Shown here: in pieces, positions 1-9,678 of the stretch
Numbering within the stretch: position 1 is the stretch's first letter
How the letters are laid out: each line of letters begins with the position of its first letter
Assembly (NCBI GenBank): GCA_016207365.1
Contig: JACQPU010000042.1
Span: 1 to 26,322, forward strand
Length of the DNA: 26,322 nt
Source: Ignavibacteriales bacterium
GTDB lineage: Bacteria > Bacteroidota > Ignavibacteria > UBA10030
Direction of reading: 5' to 3'
Notes under the pieces: model-generated
The model's database searches: none
Told to the model about the DNA's origin: nothing
What the model saw: the letters and a program-made list of their open reading frames with translations, nothing else
Position numbers and translations under genes: made by a program

Positions 1-2
1 AG

Positions 3-2486
3 AATCCCCTCTCTGTCATGTACCGCTATCTAACAAGCCCGCGATGGAGCTCTCCCCGCTGGTATATTGAAGGGATTGCCGTCTTCATGGAAACATGGAA
101 TGCAGGGGGCTTGGGCAGAGCGCAGGGTGCCTATGATGAAATGGTATTCCGTACTCGAGTGGCAGAACGTAAACCACTCTACGATGTTCTGGCTATTGAG
201 GCCGAAGGCACTGCTGTTGATTTCCAGGCCGGCGCGCTTTCATATATGTATGGTACTCGCTTCATGAGTTACCTGGCTTATACGTACGGGCCGGAGAAGC
301 TTGTGCGCTGGACTGGCCGGCAGGAAGACGGCAAAGCGTATTTCGCCTCGCAGTTTGAGCATGTGTACGGCCTTCCGCTCAAAGATAGCTGGAGTGCATG
401 GATCGATTCAGAGAAACAATGGCAGCAAGAGAATCTCCGAACGATCAGAGAATACCCCGTCACCAACGACCGGTCGCTTTCCCGCCGTGCGCTCGGGTCG
501 GTGTCCCGCGGATTTCTTGATCCGTCGGGAACACGACTTTATGCCGGCGTTCGCTTCCCGGGACAAGTTGCCTCCATCGCCGCAATCAATCTGTCGGACG
601 GATCGGTCGAACTGCTGGAAGACGTCAAAGGAGCGGCGCTTTACTATACTTCGTCGACTGCCTTTGACCCTTTGACAAACTCGCTTTTCTACACAACCGA
701 CAATAACGATTGGCGAGACATCGTCCTTCTGAATGTCAAAACGGGAAAGTCCCGCCGGGTCATGGACGATGGACGCATTGGCGACCTTGCATTCAATCAG
801 GCAGATCAATCCCTGTGGGGTGTACGCCATGACAATGGGTTTTCGACCATTGTCCGGATTCCGCCCCCCTACGATGAGTGGAATCAGATCTGGACATTGC
901 CCTACGGCAAGGACGTCTTTGATCTTGACATCAGTGCGGACGGTAAATTCCTTGTCGCGGGACTGACCGAAGCGAGCGGACAACAGCAATTAATTCTGTT
1001 TAACATCGACCGGCTCCGGAACGGCGATACATTTTTTGAGGTCCTCTTCGACTTCGATTTCAGCACTCCCTCGAATTTCGTTTTTAATAAGGATGGAAGA
1101 TTCTTGTACGGGTCTTCCTACTATACCGGAGTCTCGAATATCTACCGCTACTCGTTGGAAACGAAAGAAATGGATATTCTGACCAACGCGGAAACGGGAT
1201 ACTTCCGCCCCATTCCGACCGGGGAGGATTCTCTGATCGTGTTCCGGTATTCGGGGGAAGGATTCATTCCTGTGAAAATTGGCATTGCTGTTCAGGAGCG
1301 AGTCAACGCGATTCGTTACTATGGCCAGGCGATCGTCGAGAAGCATCCTCAGTTGCGCTCCTGGAAACTGAAACCGCCGTCCGCTGCCGCCGTCGATTCC
1401 GCCAGTACTGTAGCGAGCGAATACTCTCCCGTTGGAAACATCACGCTTGCGTCTGCATATCCCGTCATTGAAGGATATAAAGACTTCGTCGCATTTGGCT
1501 GGAGGTTCAACTTCTCCGACAAGATTCTTCTCCACAATCTGAACCTGACGCTTTCCTATTCGTCAAATAACCTCCTTCCTGCCTCTGAACGTTTCCACGC
1601 GTCGTTCAGTCATAGCTTTTGGGAATGGACGATCCGGGCCAATTACAACGGCGGTAATTTCTACGATCTCTTCGGACCCACGAAAGTAACTCGCAAGGGC
1701 TATTCAGCGTCGGTTCGATACAAAAAATATCTGGTGTATGACGAACCGAAGACGCTTGACTATACTCTCATCCTTGCGGGTTACGGCGGACTCGAGCGGC
1801 TGCCTGAGTTTCAGAACATTGCGGCCTCCTTCGACAAGTTCCTCACACTCCGCGGGCAACTGACCTATGAGTATTTCAACCGCTCGATCGGGGCGGTGGA
1901 CGATGAAAAGGGAACCCGCTGGCAAATGATTTCATGGAACAACTACGTCCGATCGAAACTTTATCCCCGCGTCTCCGCAAATTTCGACTACGGCCTGGCT
2001 CTTCCGCTTGATCATTCTTCCCTCTGGCTACGCAGTTCCGCCGGATATTCGTTCGGAAACCGCTCGGAACCATTCGCCAACTTCTATTTTGGAGGATTCG
2101 GCAACAACTGGATTGATTATCAGGACGCAAAGCGTTACAGGGAGGATTTTAGCTTTCCTGGAATTGAGCTCAACGCTGCCGGGGGCAAGACGTACGGCAA
2201 AATGATGCTGGAATGGACGCTCCCCCCACTACGCTTCAGGAATTTTGGCTCGCCCGGTCTGTATTCCAACTGGATGCGACTTGCGGTGTTCTCATCTGTC
2301 CTTTCAACAAATCTCGATAGAAGGCAATACAGAAAAACCCTCGGCAACGTCGGATCACAACTCGATCTTCGGATTTCCTTTCTTTCCTCCTTCGAAGGCA
2401 CGCTTTCAATGGGCGTCGCTGTAGCCGCCGAAGAACACCAGCGGTTCACGCGGGAATTCATGGTATCATTGAAACTCCTGAAGTGA
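3..2486 (+). CDS. 5'-truncated large envelope protein: Peptidase_MA/gluzincin-like N-terminal region, TolB/PD40-like beta-propeller, C-terminal outer-membrane beta-barrel-like domain
   Basis: The frame is open to the window edge (NPLSV precedes the ATG at 18). SPRWYIEGIAVF resembles the gluzincin third-ligand PxWxxEGxA motif, so HEXXH would lie off-window. Repeated propeller-like units (DLDISADGKFL, FVFNKDGRFLY, DLAFNQADQSLW) are followed by amphipathic strands (FGWRFNFS, LNLTLSYS, WTIRANYN, LDLRISFL). Confidence 0.6.
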   Translation, partial: NPLSVMYRYLTSPRWSSPRWYIEGIAVFMETWNAGGLGRAQGAYDEMVFRTRVAERKPLYDVLAIEAEGTAVDFQAGALSYMYGTRFMSYLAYTYGPEKLVRWTGRQEDGKAYFASQFEHVYGLPLKDSWSAWIDSEKQWQQENLRTIREYPVTNDRSLSRRALGSVSRGFLDPSGTRLYAGVRFPGQVASIAAINLSDGSVELLEDVKGAALYYTSSTAFDPLTNSLFYTTDNNDWRDIVLLNVKTGKSRRVMDDGRIGDLAFNQADQSLWGVRHDNGFSTIVRIPPPYDEWNQIWTLPYGKDVFDLDISADGKFLVAGLTEASGQQQLILFNIDRLRNGDTFFEVLFDFDFSTPSNFVFNKDGRFLYGSSYYTGVSNIYRYSLETKEMDILTNAETGYFRPIPTGEDSLIVFRYSGEGFIPVKIGIAVQERVNAIRYYGQAIVEKHPQLRSWKLKPPSAAAVDSASTVASEYSPVGNITLASAYPVIEGYKDFVAFGWRFNFSDKILLHNLNLTLSYSSNNLLPASERFHASFSHSFWEWTIRANYNGGNFYDLFGPTKVTRKGYSASVRYKKYLVYDEPKTLDYTLILAGYGGLERLPEFQNIAASFDKFLTLRGQLTYEYFNRSIGAVDDEKGTRWQMISWNNYVRSKLYPRVSANFDYGLALPLDHSSLWLRSSAGYSFGNRSEPFANFYFGGFGNNWIDYQDAKRYREDFSFPGIELNAAGGKTYGKMMLEWTLPPLRFRNFGSPGLYSNWMRLAVFSSVLSTNLDRRQYRKTLGNVGSQLDLRISFLSSFEGTLSMGVAVAAEEHQRFTREFMVSLKLLK

Positions 2487-3505
2487 TCTCCATAGATTCC
2501 ATCGCTCCGATAATCATCAGCATCGCCCCCGTCTTTCTCTTCTTACTCGGGCTGATTTTTCTCGACAGCTATAAGCTCGTCAAAGCCCGCGGTGTCTCGG
2601 GAGCCATTCTCTATGGCTGTGCAGCCGCCGGCGCATCGTATTTCCTCAATTCATGGAGCCAGCAATTCACCGGCTTGTCGTTTGTCGTGTTCACACGGTA
2701 CGTCTCCCCGATTAATGAAGAGGTTCTCAAGGCATTGTTCCTCGTCTTCCTTCTCAAAAAAAAGCGCATTGGATTCATGGTCGACGCCGCCATCTACGGT
2801 TTTGCCGTCGGCGCAGGATTTGCATTCATTGAAAACCTGTATTTTCTCTCAACGACCGTTGCGGCTGACATGTTTCTCTGGGTCATCCGCGGCTTCGGAA
2901 CCGCGGTGATGCATGGCGGTACGACGGCGATTATTGCAATCATGGCAAAACGGGAGACTGACCAGCAGTCAACAGATAATCCGGTGGTACTCTGGAAAGG
3001 CCTTGTCCTGGCCGCGATCATCCATTCGTACTACAATCATTTTCTCTTTCACCCGCTGTTTTCCCCTGTCAGCATCATTGTGGTGCTACCGGTAGCCCTG
3101 GCCGGCGTGTTCCAGATCAGCGAACGGGCAACGCGGGAATGGCTTGGCGTGGGGTTCGATACCGATGTGCAGCTCCTTGAGATGATCACTTCAGGAAACC
3201 TGACGCAAACGCGTGTGGGCATCTATCTGAAAACACTCCAAAACAAATTCCGCGGAGAAATCATTGCAGACATGATTTGCTATCTCCAGATCTATCTCGA
3301 ACTTTCGATCCGCGCAAAGGGCATGTTGTTGCTCCGGGAAGCGGGATTTGCGCCTCCCCCTGAAGAGGGAGTGGACATCAGGGAAAAATTCCGCGAGCTC
3401 GCGTACCTCGAACACAGCATCGGCACAACAGGTCGGCTGGCTCTTCACCCATTTCTCAGAACGAGCAGTCGCGATCTGTGGCAGCTGAACATGCTTCAGA
3501 CGTGA
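2483..3505 (+). CDS. prsW: PrsW-family (M82) intramembrane metalloprotease with long C-terminal soluble extension
   Basis: All four PrsW motifs are present: PINEEVLK, GFAVGAGFAFIEN, MHGGTT, IHSYYN. Multiple TM segments. GTG start overlaps the upstream TGA (GTGA at 2483-2486). Confidence 0.88.
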   Translation: MISIDSIAPIIISIAPVFLFLLGLIFLDSYKLVKARGVSGAILYGCAAAGASYFLNSWSQQFTGLSFVVFTRYVSPINEEVLKALFLVFLLKKKRIGFMVDAAIYGFAVGAGFAFIENLYFLSTTVAADMFLWVIRGFGTAVMHGGTTAIIAIMAKRETDQQSTDNPVVLWKGLVLAAIIHSYYNHFLFHPLFSPVSIIVVLPVALAGVFQISERATREWLGVGFDTDVQLLEMITSGNLTQTRVGIYLKTLQNKFRGEIIADMICYLQIYLELSIRAKGMLLLREAGFAPPPEEGVDIREKFRELAYLEHSIGTTGRLALHPFLRTSSRDLWQLNMLQT

Positions 3506-3568
3506 ACAATGACGGCACGTGCCATTCTCAGTTCACTCTGTGTAATCTTTTTCGGCACGCGGTTCTCC

Positions 3569-3597
3569 TTGAACACAAGATTGATTATCGTTATCAT
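3569..3597 (+). promoter_or_regulatory. sigma70-like promoter for the M61 gene
   Basis: TTGAAC (3569-3574), 17 bp spacer, TATCAT (3592-3597); about 40 bp upstream of ATG 3640. Confidence 0.55.
3582..3596. promoter_or_regulatory. Candidate Fur-family operator overlapping the -10 element
   Basis: TGATTATCGTTATCA matches the 7-1-7 Fur core TGATAAT-N-ATTATCA at 12 of 14 positions. Confidence 0.5.
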
Positions 3598-3639
3598 AGT
3601 AAACTTTCAATCTTCACAATTAAGAACGCCGATCCGGTT

Positions 3640-5427
3640 ATGAGATGTGTCATCCTCCCAGTCATCTTCCTTTCCTTCACTGCCATGGCTTTCGCACAAC
3701 CAGTGATTTCGTACACACTTTCCATGTCCCAGCCGTGGACGCATTATTTCGAGGTCCAGGTTAATTTTGACGGGCTCCCGGCAAATCAGGCAGCTTTCGA
3801 ATTGTCTCTCCCTGCGTGGCGCACAGGTCGATATCTCATTCTGGATTTTGCAGGCAGTGTCCAGGAGTTTTCAGCCTCCGACAAAGACGGCAGATCGTTA
3901 CGGTGGGAAAAAAATGACAAAGACACATGGCGTATTGAAAAAGGAACCTCAACCAGGGTATCCGCACGCTACAAGGTGTACGCAAACGAGTTTCACTTGC
4001 GGACAAAAGGGCTTAATGATGAAGGCGCATTTCTTGACGGCGCCGCTGCGTTCATGTACGCGTCCGAATACCGCCAGATTCCGGTAACCCTTACCGTCGT
4101 CCCCTACGGAACGTGGCACGTGACCACCGGCCTGGAACGCATGCCGGGAAAGGCTAATACGTTCGTCTCGCCAAGCTATGATTATCTTGTCGATTGCCCG
4201 CTTTTCATTGGGAATCAAAAGGACTTCGAATTCGAAGCGGAAGGCAAGAAGCACGTGTTGAGTATCTTGGGCGAAGGGAAATACGACGCACCAGTCGTCA
4301 TTGAAGACCTGAAGAAAATCATAAAAGTGAACAAGGATTTTTGGGGAGATCTGCCCTATGACCGGTATGTCTTCATGCTCCACTTTTCTTCCCAGGGCGG
4401 AGGTGGCACGGAACACATCAACTCCACAATCCTCGGTGCGCGACCTTTCGCACTTGCTCAAAGTGGCTCGTATCGCGGCTTCCTGGGACTCGTCAGCCAC
4501 GAATTTTTTCACACGTGGAACGTCAAACAAATCCGTCCGGCAGGTATCAGTCCGTACGACTGGTCCAAAGAAAATTACACAAAAGAGCTTTGGGTCTCAG
4601 AGGGAACAACATCGTATTATGGTCGAATGCTCCTCCTCCGCGCAGGCTATATTCTTCCAACTGAGATTATTGATCAGCTTCCGCGGGAAATTGAAAACGA
4701 GCGGATGCGACCGGGGAACAGGGTACAACCTGTGACAGAATCAAGCTTCGATGCATGGATCAAGTACTGGAAAGGAAACGAGAACTCATTCAATGCAGAA
4801 TCCGACTATTACGACCGGGGTGCGGATGTCAGTCTGATTCTTGATCTTGAAATCCGTCATCGCTCCGGTAACAGGTATTCGCTTGACGATGTGATGCGGG
4901 CTCTTTACAAACGTTTCCCCTGGAATGGCAGTGGATATACCGTGGAGGATCTCCGGAAACTCTGCGAGGAATTCGGCGGAGAAAGTTTTGCCCAGTTTTT
5001 CGATGACCACGTGCACGGGACAAAGTCTCTCGCTTGGGAAAAAGCTCTTTCCTATGCAGGACTGGCCGTAATGACTGAACCGAAAGGCACACCGTGGCTG
5101 GGAACATTTACGCGCGATCAGGATGGGAGGGCGGTCATTCGTACTATTGTCGCCGGATCTCCGGCATATGTCGCCGGCCTCAACACCAACGATGAAATCA
5201 TTGCACTCGACGGATACCGTGTCAGATCAAGCGATCTGACCGACCGCGTCACCGCACGCGCCGTCGGAGAAACGGTGCGTATCACGGTGATGCGCGATGA
5301 CCGATTACGCGAGTTCCAGGTTACCCTTACAGTTCATCCCGTTCCTTCGTATCGCGTGAAGCGGGTCGAAAAGCCCCTCGCGCTTCAGAAGCAGATCTTC
5401 GAATCGTGGCTCGGTACGAAGTGGTAG
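3640..5427 (+). CDS. Secreted M61-family (glycyl aminopeptidase-like) metallopeptidase with C-terminal PDZ domain
   Basis: HEFFHTWNVKQIRP zinc motif, GGGTEH, WVSEGTTSYY, PDZ-like AGSPAYVAGLNTNDEIIALDG. Likely start is ATG 3640 (signal peptide MRCVILPVIFLSFTAMAFA), not the ORF-track start at 3478. Confidence 0.92.
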   Translation: MRCVILPVIFLSFTAMAFAQPVISYTLSMSQPWTHYFEVQVNFDGLPANQAAFELSLPAWRTGRYLILDFAGSVQEFSASDKDGRSLRWEKNDKDTWRIEKGTSTRVSARYKVYANEFHLRTKGLNDEGAFLDGAAAFMYASEYRQIPVTLTVVPYGTWHVTTGLERMPGKANTFVSPSYDYLVDCPLFIGNQKDFEFEAEGKKHVLSILGEGKYDAPVVIEDLKKIIKVNKDFWGDLPYDRYVFMLHFSSQGGGGTEHINSTILGARPFALAQSGSYRGFLGLVSHEFFHTWNVKQIRPAGISPYDWSKENYTKELWVSEGTTSYYGRMLLLRAGYILPTEIIDQLPREIENERMRPGNRVQPVTESSFDAWIKYWKGNENSFNAESDYYDRGADVSLILDLEIRHRSGNRYSLDDVMRALYKRFPWNGSGYTVEDLRKLCEEFGGESFAQFFDDHVHGTKSLAWEKALSYAGLAVMTEPKGTPWLGTFTRDQDGRAVIRTIVAGSPAYVAGLNTNDEIIALDGYRVRSSDLTDRVTARAVGETVRITVMRDDRLREFQVTLTVHPVPSYRVKRVEKPLALQKQIFESWLGTKW

Positions 5428-5493
5428 TGGAAGACACGATGAATATTGCGGCCATCTTGCGATAGTCCTGACCGTATTTTGAGGAGAAGAAAC

Positions 5494-7635
5494 ATGTCCC
5501 GTCGCTCTGTGTCCCTTATTGAGTTTGTAGTCCTCCTTACCGGTACACTTGGCCTCGTTGCGTTTCTTGGCCTGCCGCAGAATACTCCCGCCGTCAACGC
5601 GCCTTCGGCACAGCGCCTGGCTCAATCGACAGTCCCCGCAGAATGGGACCGTTCACTTGTGCTACCGCGCCAAAGCGACCGAATTGCAAACTACACCATG
5701 GATGTGCGCCTCGATCCCGAGGCCAGAATGATTACCGGGTGGGAAATTCTGGAATGGAGGAATACCACAGGCCGGGGGCAGACGGAATTTCCTTTTCACC
5801 TGTATCACAACGCATGGAAGAACAACAGAAGCACGTTTGCAAAGGAAAACGGATGGCAATTGGGTCGACCGAACATGAGTGAGAGCGATTACGGGTACAC
5901 CAATGTTAAGCGTGTTGTTGTTCTTGATCCACGCGGAGAAACCGACATTACGCCATCCTTCCAATACATTCATCCGGACGAGGGAAACGTTGAGGACCAG
6001 ACAGTGTTCCAAATTACAACTCCGCGCGCTGTCCAACCGGGGGAAACCCTGCGGCTCCGGATCGAGTTCGAAACAAAACAACCGTTTCCCATCGCTCGGA
6101 CAGGCGCGATCCGCGACTACCATTTTGCTGCACAGTGGTTTCCAAAGATAGGAGTATGGTGGAAGGATGGGTGGAATTGCCATCAGTTTCACGCTTCAAC
6201 TGAATTCTTCGCAAATTACGGAATCTATGACATAAAGATTACACTGCCGACGGAGTACATTATTGGCGCAACCGGCGGGATTCCAAAAGAAGTTACGGAC
6301 AACGCGAACGGGACAACAACGCACCGATTTTATCAGCAGGATGTGCATGATTTCACATGGGTAGCCTCTCCCAGCCTGGTACGGGAAGTACGAACATTTG
6401 TGCACTCGGACCCTGACGAAGGCGAGCGGCCCGATCGACATCATCCTCTCCGGCCTGTGCAGGTTATACTCTTATCCCAACCCCACCATCAGAATCTCGT
6501 CGAACGCTATTTTGACGCAACATTCAAAGCATTGAGATATTACGGCGAATGGTACGGTGAGTATCCGTACGAAACCGTCACCGTTGTCGATCCGGCAAAC
6601 AACAGCAGGTCGGGCGGAATGGAATACCCCACGATCTTCACGGGCGGCGGAAACATGTTCGCACCGAAAGAAGCCCCCTCTCCGGAAAGCGTGACCGTCC
6701 ATGAGTTTGGCCATCAGTTCTGGTACGGATTGATCGGCAATAATGAGTTTGAAGAGGCGTGGCTTGATGAGGGATTCAATTCGTACTCCCAGGACCGGGT
6801 GATGCAGACCGCCTGGCCGCCATTTAAGGCCACCCGATACTTCCTCGGCGGCGAGGGCGCAGGCACCGTTGTGGGAATTCCTTACGTTTTCAGCGATATC
6901 CGGCTATCACGATACTCGTTCGGGAACCTGGAAATCCGCCGGCAGGGAAAGAACGACGTCATGGCGCGAAAAGGGTGGGAGTATTATCAGTCGTATGGCC
7001 TGAATTCCTACACGAAACCAGCCCTATCCCTGTGGCAGCTTGAGTTCTCCGTAGGCGAGGAAATGATGTATCGAATCATGCGAACCTATCACCATCGCTA
7101 TCGCTTCAAACATCCAACATCGCAAGACTTCATCGCAATCGTGAACGAAGTTACCGGAAAGGACATGAGTCATTTTTTCCGTAACACATGGTTCAGTTCT
7201 GACCTGTTTGACTACAAGGTTGAGTCCATTGTCAACCGGATGATTCCCGGTCCTGCCGGCATCTTCACAAACAACGGAACAGCGGTCGACCCGCCGGCAG
7301 ATTCAGATCCGTCCTACGAGTGTACTGTTGTTATCAAGCGTGAGGGGGAAGCAGTCGCTCCAATTGATGTGCTTGTGGTTTTTCAGAATGGGGAAGAAAA
7401 GCGTGAGCATTGGGACGGCGAGTACCGATGGACGCGTTTTGTGTATAGGACCAGCTCCCCCGTTCAGTATGCGGTTGTTGATCCGGACAGAAAGATCGTC
7501 ATGGATGTGAATTACACAAACAACAGCAAGGTTTCCCGTCCTACGCGATTCCGCTCACTTGCAGCGCGCTCTCTTGGCACCCGGTGGCTTTTCTGGGTTC
7601 AGAATTATTTGGACGTCGGCACATTTTGGCATTAG
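5494..7635 (+). CDS. M1-family zinc metallopeptidase (aminopeptidase N-like) with N-terminal membrane anchor/signal
   Basis: GGMEYP exopeptidase motif, HEFGHQFW followed by EAWLDEG, NSYTKP. RBS GAGGAG at 5481-5486 supports ATG 5494. Confidence 0.92.
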   Translation: MSRRSVSLIEFVVLLTGTLGLVAFLGLPQNTPAVNAPSAQRLAQSTVPAEWDRSLVLPRQSDRIANYTMDVRLDPEARMITGWEILEWRNTTGRGQTEFPFHLYHNAWKNNRSTFAKENGWQLGRPNMSESDYGYTNVKRVVVLDPRGETDITPSFQYIHPDEGNVEDQTVFQITTPRAVQPGETLRLRIEFETKQPFPIARTGAIRDYHFAAQWFPKIGVWWKDGWNCHQFHASTEFFANYGIYDIKITLPTEYIIGATGGIPKEVTDNANGTTTHRFYQQDVHDFTWVASPSLVREVRTFVHSDPDEGERPDRHHPLRPVQVILLSQPHHQNLVERYFDATFKALRYYGEWYGEYPYETVTVVDPANNSRSGGMEYPTIFTGGGNMFAPKEAPSPESVTVHEFGHQFWYGLIGNNEFEEAWLDEGFNSYSQDRVMQTAWPPFKATRYFLGGEGAGTVVGIPYVFSDIRLSRYSFGNLEIRRQGKNDVMARKGWEYYQSYGLNSYTKPALSLWQLEFSVGEEMMYRIMRTYHHRYRFKHPTSQDFIAIVNEVTGKDMSHFFRNTWFSSDLFDYKVESIVNRMIPGPAGIFTNNGTAVDPPADSDPSYECTVVIKREGEAVAPIDVLVVFQNGEEKREHWDGEYRWTRFVYRTSSPVQYAVVDPDRKIVMDVNYTNNSKVSRPTRFRSLAARSLGTRWLFWVQNYLDVGTFWH

Positions 7636-7689
7636 TCGAACACTCATGAAGATGTTTCCCTCCGACCAAGCAAGTGAAGGGTTCTCTGT

Positions 7690-8718
7690 ATGAGCATTTT
7701 CCAGTCATTTCGCATCGGTTTTCAGCAGGTTCGCCAGGCCAAACGAATGATTCTGTTTGCCTGGATTGTCAACGTCGTTCTTGCCCTCACAGTAACCGTC
7801 CCTTTGCTGAATCTGCTGGATGGATATATCCGGGACACGGTGCACGAAGAGCAACTTCTCGAGGGCTTGGATTCGAACTGGTTTGAGACATTTCGCACAG
7901 ACAATAGCGAGAATCCGCTTGTCCGGTCCTTTGATTATTCCATCACCGGCTATGCACCGTTTTTGATTCACTATGAAGCCTTGATGGGAGGCACCATGAT
8001 CAAGGTAATCGGAAATTTTTTTATTGACATGGTGTTTCGCTTGAAGATCAGATTCGATTTGCTGGGACCGTTGACAATTCTTGCCTTTGTCTACCTTCTC
8101 GCTTCAACATTTCTCGCCGGCGGATTTATCGGATCATTCGCCAAATCGTATCGTGTGACATTCCAGGAATTTCTGATGGAAGGGGCGAAATACTTTGGAA
8201 AGTTTTTCCGGATCTCGCTTTTGTTCCTTCTCGTTTCGCTCGCTCTTTTTGAGTGGGTCTTTGACTGGTGGACGGCAAGCATTCCGGAAATAACATACAA
8301 CGATCCAAGCGAATGGACACCGTTTGTGCACTACATGATCAGGAATGTTGTTATTCTCATGGTTCTGGGATTTCTCATCATAGGTTTCGATTACGCGAAA
8401 ATACGTACAGTTGTAGATGATCGTTTCAGCGCATTGTTTGCGAGTTGGGCGGGATTCAGATTCGTTCTGAAACAATTCGGTGCAACAGCGGGCTTGTTCC
8501 TTCTCCTTGTTTTCATCGGGCTGGTGTTCATGGTGTTGTATGCTCTCGTTCAGGGAACGATCTACGCCTCCGGTTATTGGTCAATCCTTCTGCTGTTTGT
8601 TCTCCAGCAACTGTATATTGCATCTCGACTCGGGCTCAGGGCCCTGGCATACGCCTCCCAGACACAGCTCTACCAGTCGCGGATGCAAACCGATCACCGC
8701 GTGGAGGTGGCATCGTAA
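7690..8718 (+). CDS. Multi-pass integral membrane protein of unknown function, downstream partner of the M1 peptidase
   Basis: 342 aa ORF with about 6 hydrophobic helices and a polar loop after TM1; AAGGG RBS-like motif 8 nt upstream. Confidence 0.75.
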   Translation: MSIFQSFRIGFQQVRQAKRMILFAWIVNVVLALTVTVPLLNLLDGYIRDTVHEEQLLEGLDSNWFETFRTDNSENPLVRSFDYSITGYAPFLIHYEALMGGTMIKVIGNFFIDMVFRLKIRFDLLGPLTILAFVYLLASTFLAGGFIGSFAKSYRVTFQEFLMEGAKYFGKFFRISLLFLLVSLALFEWVFDWWTASIPEITYNDPSEWTPFVHYMIRNVVILMVLGFLIIGFDYAKIRTVVDDRFSALFASWAGFRFVLKQFGATAGLFLLLVFIGLVFMVLYALVQGTIYASGYWSILLLFVLQQLYIASRLGLRALAYASQTQLYQSRMQTDHRVEVAS

Positions 8719-8776
8719 CGGCACCTTCTGAGTCTCCCGGCATCTCCTTCATTCCGGCCTTCCTGCGGGCTCTTCA

Positions 8777-8805
8777 TTGGAATTCAGTCCTTTTTTCGGT
8801 ATCTT
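8777..8805 (+). promoter_or_regulatory. Possible sigma70-like promoter for the DUF3108 unit
   Basis: TTGGAA (8777-8782), 17 bp spacer, TATCTT (8800-8805). Confidence 0.4.
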
Positions 8806-8820
8806 GACCGCCGTTCTCAA

Positions 8821-9678
8821 ATGGTCCACGGCAGAGGAAGTCGAGTCTTGTCCATGAAGCGAGGTGTCGCGGGCCTTGCCGGTTCGCTCTTTATCGGGGG
8901 TTTGCTGATCGCCGTTCCACCACGCGTTCCCTTGGATGCCGAAGCGGGATCCCGGGTTTTGGCCTCGGCCGAACGGCTTCAGTATAAGGTGAAATGGCTG
9001 TTCTTCAGGCTTGGTACCATCACGGCGAGCACCGACCGCCTTCCGGGATCTGGCGACCTGTATCGGACGGCGATTTCACTCGATTCGAATCCCGATTTGT
9101 TCTTCATCAGCATCCACAACCGGTATGAAGCGATTATCCGATTGAATCCCATTCGCTGTGAAGCGTTCATTTCGCGGGAGGCTGACGGAGACGACACCCT
9201 GGTTACCCGCTACATTTTTGTGGATTCACTGAAACAGATACTGATGACACAGCAAATGCTTCCTGCAGACACTCTTGTCAGGGAGGAGGTGAGGGTTGGA
9301 ATCGACAGGTTTTTTGAAGGTGCGTCGCTGATTGTCCTTGCGCGCTCCCTCGTACATCGCGACACCTCTGTGAGCGTACCCACCCTCGTGGACTTCGATC
9401 TTTTTCCCACCGACATCACGTTTCCTTCCACAGTACGATCCGTAAGCATTGGGGCTCTCAAAGCCCCGGTCCGCACCCGGGAACTCTTCGGCAAGGCCGA
9501 TTTTGGCGGCAAAACCATTGGAGGATTCTCCGGTGATTTCAAGGGATGGTTTAGCGATGACATAGCGGCCATCCCCATCCTCGCTGAAATGAGCATCACC
9601 CTCGGCACGGTCGATGTCGAACTCGAACAATGGAGCAGGGAAGGCTGGGAGCCGCCCCTCGTTCCTTCAAAACCATGA
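8821..9678 (+). CDS. DUF3108-domain exported protein
   Basis: Signal-like N-terminus (alternative start ATG 8854). ERLQYKVKWLFFRLG at the N-terminus and GWFSDDIAAIPILAEMSITLGTVDVEL at the C-terminus are typical of DUF3108 proteins. Confidence 0.7.
   Translation: MVHGRGSRVLSMKRGVAGLAGSLFIGGLLIAVPPRVPLDAEAGSRVLASAERLQYKVKWLFFRLGTITASTDRLPGSGDLYRTAISLDSNPDLFFISIHNRYEAIIRLNPIRCEAFISREADGDDTLVTRYIFVDSLKQILMTQQMLPADTLVREEVRVGIDRFFEGASLIVLARSLVHRDTSVSVPTLVDFDLFPTDITFPSTVRSVSIGALKAPVRTRELFGKADFGGKTIGGFSGDFKGWFSDDIAAIPILAEMSITLGTVDVELEQWSREGWEPPLVPSKP

Noticed and set aside
3478-3639. N-terminal extension of the M61 ORF, and similar extensions at 5446, 9630, 10655, 15770, 16521 and 23812
   Set aside because: The extensions overlap neighbouring genes or promoters. 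Downstream starts give proper signal peptides, RBSs or 4-bp overlaps.
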